A DNA stretch of 64,000 nucleotides from an uncultured Coriobacteriaceae bacterium (GCA_937937585.1 CALDCB010000005.1:10935-74934); one strand, 5' to 3'; positions 42,201 to 51,097 are shown, numbered from the stretch's first letter. Notes: a model not told the origin generated them from the sequence alone. Translations and numbers: made by a program.

Positions 42201-42866
42201 TTTGGGGTGCCGGTTGAGGGCGATCCGCTCCGCGACGATGCGTGGTTGGATGAAAAACAACCCGCAGACGATAGGGCGACCGACTTTGGAACGGCGTTTC
42301 ACCTGCTGGCTCAATACGCAGTTATCGCACGAGGGCCCGGGGAGACGTTGTGCATGCCGCCCGAGTCGCGCATTGACGCCGTCTGTCGTCAGTGCGGGGT
42401 TGAATACGCGTCGCGTTTCCGTCTAACCCAGGCGCTCGCCGCTTGGTTCGAGAGCGATCTTGCACATGATGTCGCGGCCGATGATGCAAACTTGTCTGCC
42501 GAGGTGCCGTTCTTCGTGGACGTGCCAGACGGTCGTGGCGGCAGTGTTTACCTTGAGGGCGAGATCGACTTGCTTGCCACAAGCCCCTCAAACTCGAAAG
42601 GCCTCGCACATGTGGTTGACTACAAGACGGGCGGTAACCTGTCCGAGACCGATGGGGAAGTAAGGGAAAAGCACGTGCTTCAGGCGTCGTGCTACGCGTA
42701 TGCCCTGTTACGCGCGGGCTTCGATACGGTGGATGCGACGTTCGTCAGGGTCGAGCAACGCTCGTTGGATGGCCAGCCTCAAATCGTGCGGTATCGTTTC
42801 GAGTCGCACGATCAAGACAGCCTCGCTCGGGCAATTGCTCATGCGCATGCCTTGGCATGCGCATGA
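39267..42866 (+). CDS. addA: helicase-nuclease complex subunit A (UvrD/Rep-type helicase + RecB-type nuclease)
   Basis: Walker A AAGAGSGKTF, DEFQDTD, helicase motif VI LLYVALTRAKE, and C-terminal nuclease GEIDLLA...HVVDYKTG...QASCYAYAL. Confidence 0.9.
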   Translation: MALKPGQLKCINTLDEPLVVAAGAGSGKTFTLTERIVNALTSGYVDDIDQVLAITFTKKAAGELKSRVKTSLRDAGMIDQALKVDEAWISTIHGMCSRILRSHAVQLGIDPSFSVADDVMLREMRRSAVEVALEEMRDSSADEFKVLFSEYQASSFGSAFGSASVEDMVLRLVEKIPAQEDGIMLMQLGNPVSPVAVLDKVASALSLMMSLAEGQSDSASKAKFVAQAQLASEEIARLVNEGRLDAADALSVMGLLPTSCNFGKADFKETAKNLLGEITAEAVSLRLSAAQPLFETILKISNRAAEVLDKLKHRAGVLSNDDLLLLASQAIANHPDIAASLEDKFKLIMIDEFQDTDQSQVDMIKRLAGPDAFRLCVVGDAQQSIYRFRGADVSVYRRHLSNVQARNADDIIYLPDNFRSHRDVLSFVDRIFERDDMFGKEFMSLAPSRDEKEVKKPFLGDGARIVVRHVSYPSRGGTELMRLSSARAIAEEFSNLSKAGHSAGDMVILLGTMSHADVYAAAVRDVGLSCVIAGGSVLKNAPETALVVSLLNWLANPACEDGLFGVLSSLLFGLTADELIEVATTRRQNGSVRRRDLHEGVRVLGKAVVSDFGAQGIDGAPLSSRLAQAVTVLRRARQRVGVSSARSIVNDLLVESGWIARMQHQGEEGRASVANMYKLVRLVGEAEEACPRGSATLAEQFASQVAGMVQAPGALSVSGGNFVRIMTIHASKGLEFPIVAVAEMKSSGSDSSALLLDSVDGRVFVSLDLGKSVSGVKGPVANIGKALDDALDEELLEDEIPSKMASCGDILELRALMRRRAMLGETEEAKRLLYVALTRAKEALIVATFGNRTKDNANGVPKNAFSSIGPALTGANDWFAPGVTMHEFGGTTLARVQHVALEKDDVGDSGSSSQSSSDDKFAVPVDKSLSGLNDRVFLHDRGGIFSYSAVSDASHSGSLLADLASKHAVETSLPDVGGFGVPVEGDPLRDDAWLDEKQPADDRATDFGTAFHLLAQYAVIARGPGETLCMPPESRIDAVCRQCGVEYASRFRLTQALAAWFESDLAHDVAADDANLSAEVPFFVDVPDGRGGSVYLEGEIDLLATSPSNSKGLAHVVDYKTGGNLSETDGEVREKHVLQASCYAYALLRAGFDTVDATFVRVEQRSLDGQPQIVRYRFESHDQDSLARAIAHAHALACA

Positions 42867-42876
42867 GCTCGATTCG

Positions 42877-43890
42877 TTAGTTCAGAAAGCCGTCCAGATC
42901 GTCCTGTGCGTTGCCGGCGATCTTCAGGGCATATGCCTGCTTGAAGAAGTTGAGCGACTTCTCGGGAAGATATTCGGGAAGGACGGGGCCGAACGACACG
43001 TTCTTGATACCGATCCACAGAAGCGTGAGGAGGGCGGCAACGCCCTCTTCGCAGTGCTGCGACACCAAGAAGCTCATCGGCAGATCGTTGACGCTCTTGT
43101 TGAACTCGTTCGCAAGGGCGATGGACGTCTGGACGGCTGCGTAGATATCGGCACGCGAACCCAGGTTCACGAAACGGGGCTGGGCTCCCGCCGTTCCCAG
43201 ATCGAGCTTCGCAAGACGGTCGCCGATGCTGCCATAGCCCACGAAAACGCTGTTCTTTGGTGCGCTCTGCGCGAACTCGGTGTAGTAATCGTAAGCTTCG
43301 TCGTCGGCATTGCCGCCGCCAACGAAGAACACGTGGCCGATGGTTTGGTCCCTCAAGCCCGCGATCAGGCCGTCTGCGACCTTTTTCACTTCGTCGTCGG
43401 CGTTCGTTGCCTGGCCAAGCGCCTCGCAGACGTACCAGTTCACCTCGCCCACCTTCGTCGAAAGTTCGATGAGCGACCCTGTGGCGGCTTCCTGGCCGCC
43501 GATCGTGTACAGAACGGCGCGGAAGAATGCGTTGACTTCGGGATTCGAGAGCTCTTTGTTGCGGGCGCGCAGGGTGGGGCTGGCGACGTCGCGAAGACCT
43601 GCAAGAATCATCCTCTTCAGCGCCTTGACGTTCTCGTCCTGCTCTTCAAGGTTTTCCATGTCGAAGTCGGCATTGGCGACTCCTTCGGATTCCTTTGCCA
43701 GGCGCAGGTTTTCTTCGTGGGCGCGTTCTGCGAAGGCGTTAAGCGCGGCGTAGTTGGGGGCGTCACCGCAGCAAGCGGCAACACCGCCGATCACGATGTC
43801 GTCGGTTTCGTCGGTGAGTTGCTGCGTGGCGCGTCCTGCCGTGGTCGAGAGGGCGATAAGGGCGCCGGTGAGCATGTCGCGTGAGTCCAT
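42877..43890 (-). CDS. truncated hybrid-cluster-protein (Hcp)/CODH-superfamily homolog lacking recognisable cluster ligands
   Basis: ATG 43890 follows GGAAG. The C-terminus LPMSFLVSQHCEEGVAALLTLLWIGIKNVSFGPVLPEYLP...DLDGFLN parallels the Hcp C-terminus. Only 337 aa, against the ~550 I recall for Hcp. Confidence 0.65.
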   Translation of the reverse strand: MDSRDMLTGALIALSTTAGRATQQLTDETDDIVIGGVAACCGDAPNYAALNAFAERAHEENLRLAKESEGVANADFDMENLEEQDENVKALKRMILAGLRDVASPTLRARNKELSNPEVNAFFRAVLYTIGGQEAATGSLIELSTKVGEVNWYVCEALGQATNADDEVKKVADGLIAGLRDQTIGHVFFVGGGNADDEAYDYYTEFAQSAPKNSVFVGYGSIGDRLAKLDLGTAGAQPRFVNLGSRADIYAAVQTSIALANEFNKSVNDLPMSFLVSQHCEEGVAALLTLLWIGIKNVSFGPVLPEYLPEKSLNFFKQAYALKIAGNAQDDLDGFLN

Positions 43891-44098
43891 ATAGCTTCCA
43901 ATCTGATTGGGTGGGCCGGTGCAAACGGTCTTACGATGCAAGCGGCCTTGTTGGCCGAAAGAATCAAAGCGAAGCCAATTGTAACAGTTGAAGGCGGATT
44001 GGCGCGATCTCGAACGCGGTGTCTGGCTTCTGCGTCGTTCCCGATTCGTTAGGCAATGGGCTGGGTGCCCCGCTGTGCCCCGTAATATAATGTTCGCT

Positions 44099-45469
44099 AT
44101 GGAAAAGATCATCATCATAGGCGGCGGGGCTGCCGGGCTTGCGTGCGCGATCACGGCTGCGACGCGCCTTCGTGCGCAGGGACAGGTTGCATCAGTCGAA
44201 GTTTTCGAGCGGGATGACCGTGTGGGCCGCACGATCCTTGCCACGGGCAACGGGCGCTGCAACTTCTCGAATTCGCAGATCGATACGGGCCTTTACCATA
44301 ACGGCGCGTTCGTTGAGGGCGTTTTGCGCCAAGTTGAGAAGGTGTGTCCGTTCGACGGGGTCAATCCGAACGACGATGCGGTGCACCGCTTCTTCGGCGA
44401 CCTGGGCTTGGTATGGCGCGAGGAGCAGGACGGTCGCCAGTACCCATTGGCAAACAAGGCCAGCTCCGTTCTTGACGTCTTAAGGGCAGCTGCCGCGCGA
44501 TTGGGCGTAGTCGAGCGTTGCGATAGCGCGGTTTCCCTAATCGACCCACCCCGGAAAGACAGTTCGCCTTACACGCTGCGTATGGCTGATGGGTCCTTCG
44601 AGCGCGCATCGGCTTTGGTCGTTGCGTGCGGGGGCGGCGTTGCCGTCGACTTCGATGCTGCCGGCTGGAGCCGCCCGCGAACCCGTCCTGTGCTTGGCCC
44701 CCTTGCCACCGAGACGGGCCTGGTCAAAGAGCTGAACAACATCCGCGTGCGCGCTGCAGTTTCGCTGGTGCGCCCCAGCGCTAAGGGGAATTCGAAGGTT
44801 GTCGCGGTCGAGCGCGGGGAAGTGATGTTCCGCAAGTACGGTGTATCGGGCATCGCCGTTTTCAATTTGTCCCGTTACACAGAACCCGGCGATGTGCTTT
44901 CGATCGACTTTCTGTCCGAGGTTTTCGGCAGCTTGATGCCAAACGAGTCTGCGCAGGAAGCATCGGCGGTTGCCGTGGCGGATCCGTCGATGTTCGATCT
45001 GAACGCGAATGCCGCGAAGGCGCGGGAGTTTTGCTTCGGGCGTGCACGCCGATTGCGCGAAGCGGGTGCCGATACCTACGGTGATTTCCTGAACGGGCTC
45101 GTTCTTCCCCAGGTGGGACATGTGCTTTTGCGTGCGTGCGACCTCCGCGGGGATGATCCCGTCACGAAGGCCGGTCTGCGATCCCTCGCCGACGTGCTTT
45201 CCGGGTTCACGCTTACCGTTTCGGGAATCGGCGACGAGTCGAACTGCCAAGTTCGCCGTGGCGGCTTCGATGTGTTGTCAGTCGACCCTCGAACCATGGA
45301 GTCAGGTCGTTTCCCGCAGTTGTATTTTGCGGGCGAGACATTGGACGTCGACGGCCCGTGCGGTGGCTACAACCTTCATTGGGCGTGGGCAAGCGGCATG
45401 CTTGCAGGCGTTTCCGCCGCCGATTCGCTTTTGCAACACCCATTCAATCCCGATCTCGGGCGACACTGA
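44099..45469 (+). CDS. BaiN/RdsA (HI0933/YhiN)-family NAD(P)/FAD-dependent oxidoreductase
   Basis: MEKIIIIGGGAAGLACAI dinucleotide fold, GRILATGNGRCNF-like motif TILATGNGRCNFSN, and C-terminal GGYNLHWAWASGMLAG. TATAAT at 44086-91 suggests a leaderless start at 44099 (alternative ATG at 44090). Confidence 0.85.
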   Translation: MEKIIIIGGGAAGLACAITAATRLRAQGQVASVEVFERDDRVGRTILATGNGRCNFSNSQIDTGLYHNGAFVEGVLRQVEKVCPFDGVNPNDDAVHRFFGDLGLVWREEQDGRQYPLANKASSVLDVLRAAAARLGVVERCDSAVSLIDPPRKDSSPYTLRMADGSFERASALVVACGGGVAVDFDAAGWSRPRTRPVLGPLATETGLVKELNNIRVRAAVSLVRPSAKGNSKVVAVERGEVMFRKYGVSGIAVFNLSRYTEPGDVLSIDFLSEVFGSLMPNESAQEASAVAVADPSMFDLNANAAKAREFCFGRARRLREAGADTYGDFLNGLVLPQVGHVLLRACDLRGDDPVTKAGLRSLADVLSGFTLTVSGIGDESNCQVRRGGFDVLSVDPRTMESGRFPQLYFAGETLDVDGPCGGYNLHWAWASGMLAGVSAADSLLQHPFNPDLGRH

Positions 45470-45507
45470 AATCCGTCGATTCCCTCGATCAAGAACAGGA
45501 TCAGAAC

Positions 45508-47340
45508 ATGATAGAAGCATCGAACATCAGCATGGCTTTGGAGGAAGGCGCGCCTGATAACCACGATGGCTTGGTGGCCGCGGCGGCTCGCGCCCTAAGC
45601 GTCGAGCCCGATGACATCAGCGAGGTTGTGCTGCTCAAGCGCAGCGTTGACGCCCGCAAGCGCAAGGACATCCACTTCGTGGCGACCCTTGGCATTGCGC
45701 TTGCCGATGCGTCTCTCGAACAGAAGATTCTAACAGGTGAGGCTCATTATCCGTTCGGCACGAAGGTGAAGGAGCATGTGCCCACCGAGCCCCTTCAGGT
45801 CCCCGACCTTTCCGAGAACTACCCGGCATCGTATCGCCTGGCGAACACGCGCCCTGTGGTTGTTGGCTTTGGTCCCGCCGGCATGTTCGCTGCGCTGTAT
45901 CTGGCCGAGGCTGGTCTTCGCCCGGTCGTGATCGAGCGTGGCGGCTCCATCGAAGAGCGCATGGAGGCTGTCGAGCGATTTGGCAATGGCGGCCCGCTTG
46001 ACACGACAACCAACATCCAATTCGGCGAAGGCGGTGCGGGAACGTTTTCCGATGGAAAACTCACCACGGGCACGAAAAGCCCGCTTGTACGCCATGTTTT
46101 GCAGACGTTCGTCGATGCGGACGCTCCGTCCGAGATCCTGTGGGAGGCAAAGCCCCATATCGGCACCGACAAGCTCGTCGATGTCGTTCGCGCCATTCGC
46201 ACGCGCATCGAGGAACTGGGCGGCGAGGTGCGTTTCCACACCAAACTGACCGGGCTTTCGGTGGAAGGCGGCGTCCTTTCGTCCGCTTTGGTTGAAACCA
46301 CCAAGCCCAATCCGGTCCCCGCGCCCGAGATCCCCGAGGAGCATCGCGTTCCCGGCTATAACGGCTCGCGCGGCATGCGCATCCCCACGCGTTACCTGAT
46401 CCTCGCGTGCGGCCATTCGGCGCGCGACACGTTCGCCATGCTGAAGGACACCGGCTTCAACCTCGAGCAAAAGCCCTTCTCGATGGGTGTGCGCATCGAG
46501 CATCTTCAGTCTGTCGTGAACAAGGCCCAATACGGCCCCGCGGCGAAGAACCCGGCGCTCCCGGTTGCCGACTATAAGCTGGTCGAGCATTTGAAGAACG
46601 GTCGCAGCGCCTACACGTTCTGCATGTGCCCGGGCGGCACAGTGGTGTGCGCAGCCAGCGAAGAGGACGGTGTCGTCGTGAACGGCATGAGCCGTTTCGC
46701 GCGTGACGGCAAGAACGCTAATTCCGCGCTGCTTGTCGGCGTTTCCCCTGACGATTTTCCCAGCGACGACCCTTTGGCCGGTGTCGAGCTCCAGCGTCGG
46801 GTCGAGCGCGCCGCGCAGCGCGTCGTTGCCAAGGCGGGCGGTTCCAAGTTTCAAGCCCCGGCCCAAACCGTCGGTGACTTCCTTGCGGGTACGTCGGGAA
46901 ACCCCTCCGCCACTGTCGAGCCCTCGTATGCTCGCGGCGTTGCGTGGTGCGATTTACACGATTGCCTCCCCGAATTCGTTTCCAAGACGATCGAGCAGGC
47001 GCTTGCCCCGTTAGGGCGCAAGCTTCGCGGTTTCGACGACCCCGATGCGGTCATGACCGGCGTCGAGACGCGCAGCTCGTCCCCCGTGCGCATCGTGCGC
47101 GACGGCACAGACCTTACCGCTCATCTTTTCGAGACGGGTGAGGGCGAGTCATTTTCGACGAACGTTTACCCATGCGGTGAAGGCGCCGGTTATGCGGGCG
47201 GCATCATGAGCGCCGCAGTCGACGGCCTGCGCTGCGCTATGGCTCTCGTCGATCGCTTGGCCGAAGAACTCCCTGAAGAAGAAGGCGAGGAACCCGCCGA
47301 CGTGTGGGATTCCTTCTGGACGAATTGCCCGGTGGATTAA
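45508..47340 (+). CDS. uncharacterised FAD-dependent protein (COG2509-type)
   Basis: VVVGFGPAGMFAALYLAEAG dinucleotide fold, GGAGTFSDGKL, and CGEGAGYAGGIMSAAVDG near the C-terminus. Confidence 0.8.
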   Translation: MIEASNISMALEEGAPDNHDGLVAAAARALSVEPDDISEVVLLKRSVDARKRKDIHFVATLGIALADASLEQKILTGEAHYPFGTKVKEHVPTEPLQVPDLSENYPASYRLANTRPVVVGFGPAGMFAALYLAEAGLRPVVIERGGSIEERMEAVERFGNGGPLDTTTNIQFGEGGAGTFSDGKLTTGTKSPLVRHVLQTFVDADAPSEILWEAKPHIGTDKLVDVVRAIRTRIEELGGEVRFHTKLTGLSVEGGVLSSALVETTKPNPVPAPEIPEEHRVPGYNGSRGMRIPTRYLILACGHSARDTFAMLKDTGFNLEQKPFSMGVRIEHLQSVVNKAQYGPAAKNPALPVADYKLVEHLKNGRSAYTFCMCPGGTVVCAASEEDGVVVNGMSRFARDGKNANSALLVGVSPDDFPSDDPLAGVELQRRVERAAQRVVAKAGGSKFQAPAQTVGDFLAGTSGNPSATVEPSYARGVAWCDLHDCLPEFVSKTIEQALAPLGRKLRGFDDPDAVMTGVETRSSSPVRIVRDGTDLTAHLFETGEGESFSTNVYPCGEGAGYAGGIMSAAVDGLRCAMALVDRLAEELPEEEGEEPADVWDSFWTNCPVD

Positions 47341-47341
47341 C

Positions 47342-48934
47342 ATGGAAACCAATATGAACGAATTGAACGGCCGCGCCGACGACGTCAGGCGCGCGGCGCG
47401 TGCTCTTAGGCGTGGCGGCGTCGCATTGTTTCCGACTGACACGGTTGCCGGCGTGGGCGTCGCCGTCGGCTCCAGCGATTCGCCGAAGGTTTTGGCCGAC
47501 CTGAAAGGCCGCCCCTCCGACAAGCCCATCGCTTGGCTGGTGGGAGGCCCCGTTGCCTTGGACGCCTACGGTGCCGCTGTTCCTGGGTACGCGCGTCGTA
47601 TGACGCAGAAGTGGTGGCCGGGCGGCCTGACGCTCATCGTTCATGCGTCGCCTGCGGTGCCGCGCGCTTTCTGCTCGAAAGAGGGAACCATCGGCCTGCG
47701 CATGCCCGATTGCGAAAAAACGCTTGACTTGATCGTCAGGGCGGGATCCCCACTGGCAACCACGTCGGCGAACCTGTCCGGTGAGCCTTCCCCGCGTCGC
47801 GTCGCGGACGTTTCGACTGCTATCAGCGACAAGGTCGATGCCATCGTGGGCGACGACTTCGCTGCCGAAAGCGGCGTTGCCTCTACTGTCGTCGACTGCA
47901 CGGGCGCTTACCCCGTCGTGGTAAGGGAAGGGGCCATCACGTCTGCCGATATCGAGCGGCTTCTTCTTACTGATGATTCGGTGTGCGAAACTGAGGACGT
48001 CTCCTTTGCTTCGGCGGACGGCCTTTCGACCATCTCCGCACGTTTGTGGTTCCCTCCAGCCTGTGCCCCCGATTCGGGGGTTGTGCCCAGGGGTATCGTT
48101 CATATCGTCCACGGTATGGCGGAACACGTTCGCCGTTATGATGATTTCGCTCGCTACCTCGTTGGACACGGGTTCGTTGTCTGCGGAAGCGACATGATCG
48201 GCCATGGCGAAAGCGCGGCTTCGAAAGAAGATCTGGGCCACATCCCGGTTCGTGCGGGGCGCAGTGCCCTGGTCGCCGACGTTCAGTCGCTGCGCGAGAT
48301 CGTTTCGGCGCGTTATCCGGTCGACACCCCTTATCTTGTCTTCGGCCATTCCATGGGTAGCTTCATCACGCGCGCTTACATTGCCGAACACGGTGCCGGT
48401 CTTGCTGCTGCGGTTCTTTGCGGTACGGGAAGTCCGGCTCCCGTTGCCTCTGCGGCGGGAAATTTCCTTTCCCGCGCCATCGCCCGCGTACGCGGCGAGC
48501 GTTATCGCAGCTCTCTGGTTGACAACCTGGCGGCAGGCGGCTTCGGCAAGCAGATCTCCGATGCCCGCACGCCCCTTGATTGGCTCTCGGTGAACAGCGA
48601 CAACGTGGACGCTTACCTAGCCGACGAGTACTGCGGCGCCATGTTCTCGGTGGGCGCGTACTCCACGCTCACCGATCTTACGCGTTGGGTTGTTTCTCAA
48701 GAATGCGCGTCGCGCGTCCCGAAAGACCTGCCTGTTTTGTTCATCGCAGGCGATCAAGACCCTGTCGGTGACTGCGGCCAGGGGGTTCACCAGGCAGCCG
48801 AGCTTTTGCGCAGCGCCGGTGTCGAGCGCGTTGACGAGCGCATTTTCGCGAACATGCGCCACGAGATCCTGAACGAGACCGATCGTATGAATGTGTTCAC
48901 CTTCGTATCTCAATGGATGGAGGCGCTTCTGTGA
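47342..48934 (+). CDS. tsaC: fusion protein: L-threonylcarbamoyladenylate synthase (TsaC/YwlC, YrdC domain) + alpha/beta-hydrolase (monoacylglycerol-lipase/lysophospholipase-like)
   Basis: N-terminal half has FPTDTVAGVG, LKGRPSDKPI, and TTSANLSGEPS. C-terminal half has HGMAEH, the nucleophile elbow GHSMGS, GDQDPV, and RHEILNE. Confidence 0.85.
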   Translation: METNMNELNGRADDVRRAARALRRGGVALFPTDTVAGVGVAVGSSDSPKVLADLKGRPSDKPIAWLVGGPVALDAYGAAVPGYARRMTQKWWPGGLTLIVHASPAVPRAFCSKEGTIGLRMPDCEKTLDLIVRAGSPLATTSANLSGEPSPRRVADVSTAISDKVDAIVGDDFAAESGVASTVVDCTGAYPVVVREGAITSADIERLLLTDDSVCETEDVSFASADGLSTISARLWFPPACAPDSGVVPRGIVHIVHGMAEHVRRYDDFARYLVGHGFVVCGSDMIGHGESAASKEDLGHIPVRAGRSALVADVQSLREIVSARYPVDTPYLVFGHSMGSFITRAYIAEHGAGLAAAVLCGTGSPAPVASAAGNFLSRAIARVRGERYRSSLVDNLAAGGFGKQISDARTPLDWLSVNSDNVDAYLADEYCGAMFSVGAYSTLTDLTRWVVSQECASRVPKDLPVLFIAGDQDPVGDCGQGVHQAAELLRSAGVERVDERIFANMRHEILNETDRMNVFTFVSQWMEALL

Positions 48935-50433
48935 AACGCAGCAAGTACATCGTCGCTCTTGACGAGGGCACTACTTCGGCACGCGCCGTTCTCATTGACT
49001 CGTCGGGCAAGATCGTGGGCATCGTGCAAAATCCGTTCCCGCAGTACTACCCGCGTCCGGGTTGGGTCGAACACAATCCTCGCGAGATCCTGTCCGCCCA
49101 GCTTGGCGCCCTGACCGAGCTTCTGATCACCTATAACCTGGAAACGCCCGATATCGATAGCATCGGCATCGCGAACCAACGTGAGACCACGGTTGTGTGG
49201 AACCGTGAGACGGGCGAGCCCGTTTACAACGCCATCGTGTGGCAATGCCGCCGCACGGCGCCCATCGTCGAGACGCTTGCGGCCGATCCCAAGATCGCCC
49301 AGGCGGTCAAACAGAAGACGGGCCTCGTTCTTGACCCGTACTTCTCGGCCAGCAAGGTGAAGTGGATCCTTGACAACGTCGAGGGCGCGCGCGAGCTTGC
49401 TGAGCAGGGGAAGCTCGCATTCGGCACCATCGACTCCTGGTTGATTTGGACGCTCACGGGCGGTCGCGTGCATGCAACCGACGTCACGAATGCCAGCCGC
49501 ACCATGTTGTTCAACATCCACGATATGTGTTGGGACCCGTGGTTGTGCGAGCTGTTCGGCGTGCCCATGAATATGCTGCCCGAGGTTCGCCATTCGTCCG
49601 CCGATTTCGGCAGGACGTCCCATGCCGGCATTGTTTCTGGCGTGCCTATCTGCGGTGTTGCGGGCGATCAGCAGTCGGCTTTGTTCGGCCAGTGCTGCTT
49701 CGAGGCGGGTCAAGCCAAGAACACCTACGGAACGGGCTGCTTTCTTCTTATGCACACGGGCGAGGTCGCGCCTGTTTCTTCCCATGGCTTGGTCACCACC
49801 GTCGCCGCCAGCGCGCCTGCTACACGCCATCCTGAGTACGCGCTTGAGGGCAGCGTGTTCATGGGCGGCGCTATTCTTCAGTGGATGCGCGACGAGCTGG
49901 GGCTTATCTCCAACAGCGCCGAGTCCGAGTCGGTGGCGCAGTCCGTTCCCGACACGGCGGGCGTTTACCTGGTTCCCGCATTTACGGGTCTTGGCGCGCC
50001 GTACTGGGACGCCGAAGCGCGTGGCGCGATCTACGGTTTGACGCGCGGAACGACCCGCGCCCATATCGTGCGTGCTGGTTTGGAGTCGCTGGCTTACCAG
50101 ATCTACGACCTCGCCGAGGCCATGAAGGCCGATGCCGGCGTGCCCCTGTCTGTGCTCAACGTTGACGGCGGTGCCGCGGCAAACGACTTCCTGATGCAGT
50201 TCCAAAGCGACATCTTGTCCACGTCGCTGCGCCGTCCGGTCAACCCCGAGACCACCGCGCTTGGCGCCGCGTATCTTGCTGGTTTGTACACAGGTTTCTG
50301 GCAGTCGCTTGACCAGTTACGCAGTCTGCGCACGGGCGACACGGTTTACGACCCGAACATGGATCAGGGTGCCCGCGCTCAGTTGGTTGCCGGATGGCAC
50401 GACGCCGTCGGCCGCACTCGTTCTTCTCGTTAG
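48931..50433 (+). CDS. glpK: glycerol kinase
   Basis: YIVALDEGTTSARAV, GDQQSALFGQ, and DGGAAANDFLMQFQSD. GTG 48931 overlaps the stop of the preceding gene (GTGA). The ORF also has an upstream ATG at 48913. Confidence 0.95.
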   Translation: MKRSKYIVALDEGTTSARAVLIDSSGKIVGIVQNPFPQYYPRPGWVEHNPREILSAQLGALTELLITYNLETPDIDSIGIANQRETTVVWNRETGEPVYNAIVWQCRRTAPIVETLAADPKIAQAVKQKTGLVLDPYFSASKVKWILDNVEGARELAEQGKLAFGTIDSWLIWTLTGGRVHATDVTNASRTMLFNIHDMCWDPWLCELFGVPMNMLPEVRHSSADFGRTSHAGIVSGVPICGVAGDQQSALFGQCCFEAGQAKNTYGTGCFLLMHTGEVAPVSSHGLVTTVAASAPATRHPEYALEGSVFMGGAILQWMRDELGLISNSAESESVAQSVPDTAGVYLVPAFTGLGAPYWDAEARGAIYGLTRGTTRAHIVRAGLESLAYQIYDLAEAMKADAGVPLSVLNVDGGAAANDFLMQFQSDILSTSLRRPVNPETTALGAAYLAGLYTGFWQSLDQLRSLRTGDTVYDPNMDQGARAQLVAGWHDAVGRTRSSR

Positions 50434-50442
50434 CTTTTCTTG

Positions 50443-50487
50443 CGCCGTGCGCTTATCCCGTCAGGGGATGGCTACGGCGTTTTTTTC
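50443..50487 (+). terminator. rho-independent terminator after glpK
   Basis: Two-part stem (GCCGT...ACGGC enclosing ATCCC...GGGAT), followed by a T7 tract at 50480-50486. Confidence 0.75.
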
Positions 50488-50659
50488 GCGAACGGGCGCT
50501 GTCGCTTAACTCTGATGCGGCTGGCTCGTCGGCCGCGATGTAGCGGGTGCGCGGGTTTTTCTCGCGCCTGCGGCAAAGCCGCCCGACGATGGGTTATTCT
50601 TTCGTTGTTCACGATCGTCAATGCACGCGTGCGTGCACTTCGCCAAAAAGGAGCATGAC

Positions 50660-51097
50660 ATGAAAGTCAGCATCGCAAGCGATCACGCTGGTTTCGACGA
50701 GAAGCAGCTGCTGATCCCGTACCTTCAGGAACTTGGCTATGAGGTTATCGACCGCGGCCCCGAATCCGCCGATCGCGTCGACTATCCCGATTACGCCGCT
50801 CTTGTGGCGAAGGACATCGAGGATGACGAAGCCGAGCGTGGCGTTCTCATCTGCGGCACCGGCATCGGCATGTCTCTTGCCGCCAACAAGTGCAAGGGCA
50901 TCCGTGCCGCCAACGTCACCATGCCCGAGCTTGCCGCTCTGTGCCGTCAGCACAACGACGCGAACATCGTTTGCATTTCTGGGCGCTTCGTCTCCGACGA
51001 GGACAACAAGAAGATCGTGAAGACCTTTCTTGAGACCGAGTTCGAGGGCGGCCGTCACGAGGGCCGCGTGAACAAGATCTCCGCTCTCGAGGCGTAG
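50660..51097 (+). CDS. rpiB: ribose-5-phosphate isomerase B (RpiB/LacA/LacB family)
   Basis: ATG 50660 follows [21 protein letters not shown] and [14 protein letters not shown]. Confidence 0.93.
   Translation: MKVSIASDHAGFDEKQLLIPYLQELGYEVIDRGPESADRVDYPDYAALVAKDIEDDEAERGVLICGTGIGMSLAANKCKGIRAANVTMPELAALCRQHNDANIVCISGRFVSDEDNKKIVKTFLETEFEGGRHEGRVNKISALEA

Noticed and set aside
42700-43884. A 394-aa plus-strand ORF overlapping the Hcp-like gene.
   Set aside because: Only the minus-strand frame shows homology-like motifs (Hcp C-terminus) and an RBS-preceded ATG. The plus-strand product has no recognisable features.
43891-44262. An in-frame upstream extension of the Hcp-like ORF (461 aa in the track), considered as a possible remnant of the missing Hcp N-terminal Cys domain.
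   Set aside because: The extension is Arg/Pro/Ser-rich and has no internal Met. It overlaps the divergent promoter and the first codons of the BaiN-like gene on the other strand, and shows no CxxCxxxxC-type pattern in a plausible context.
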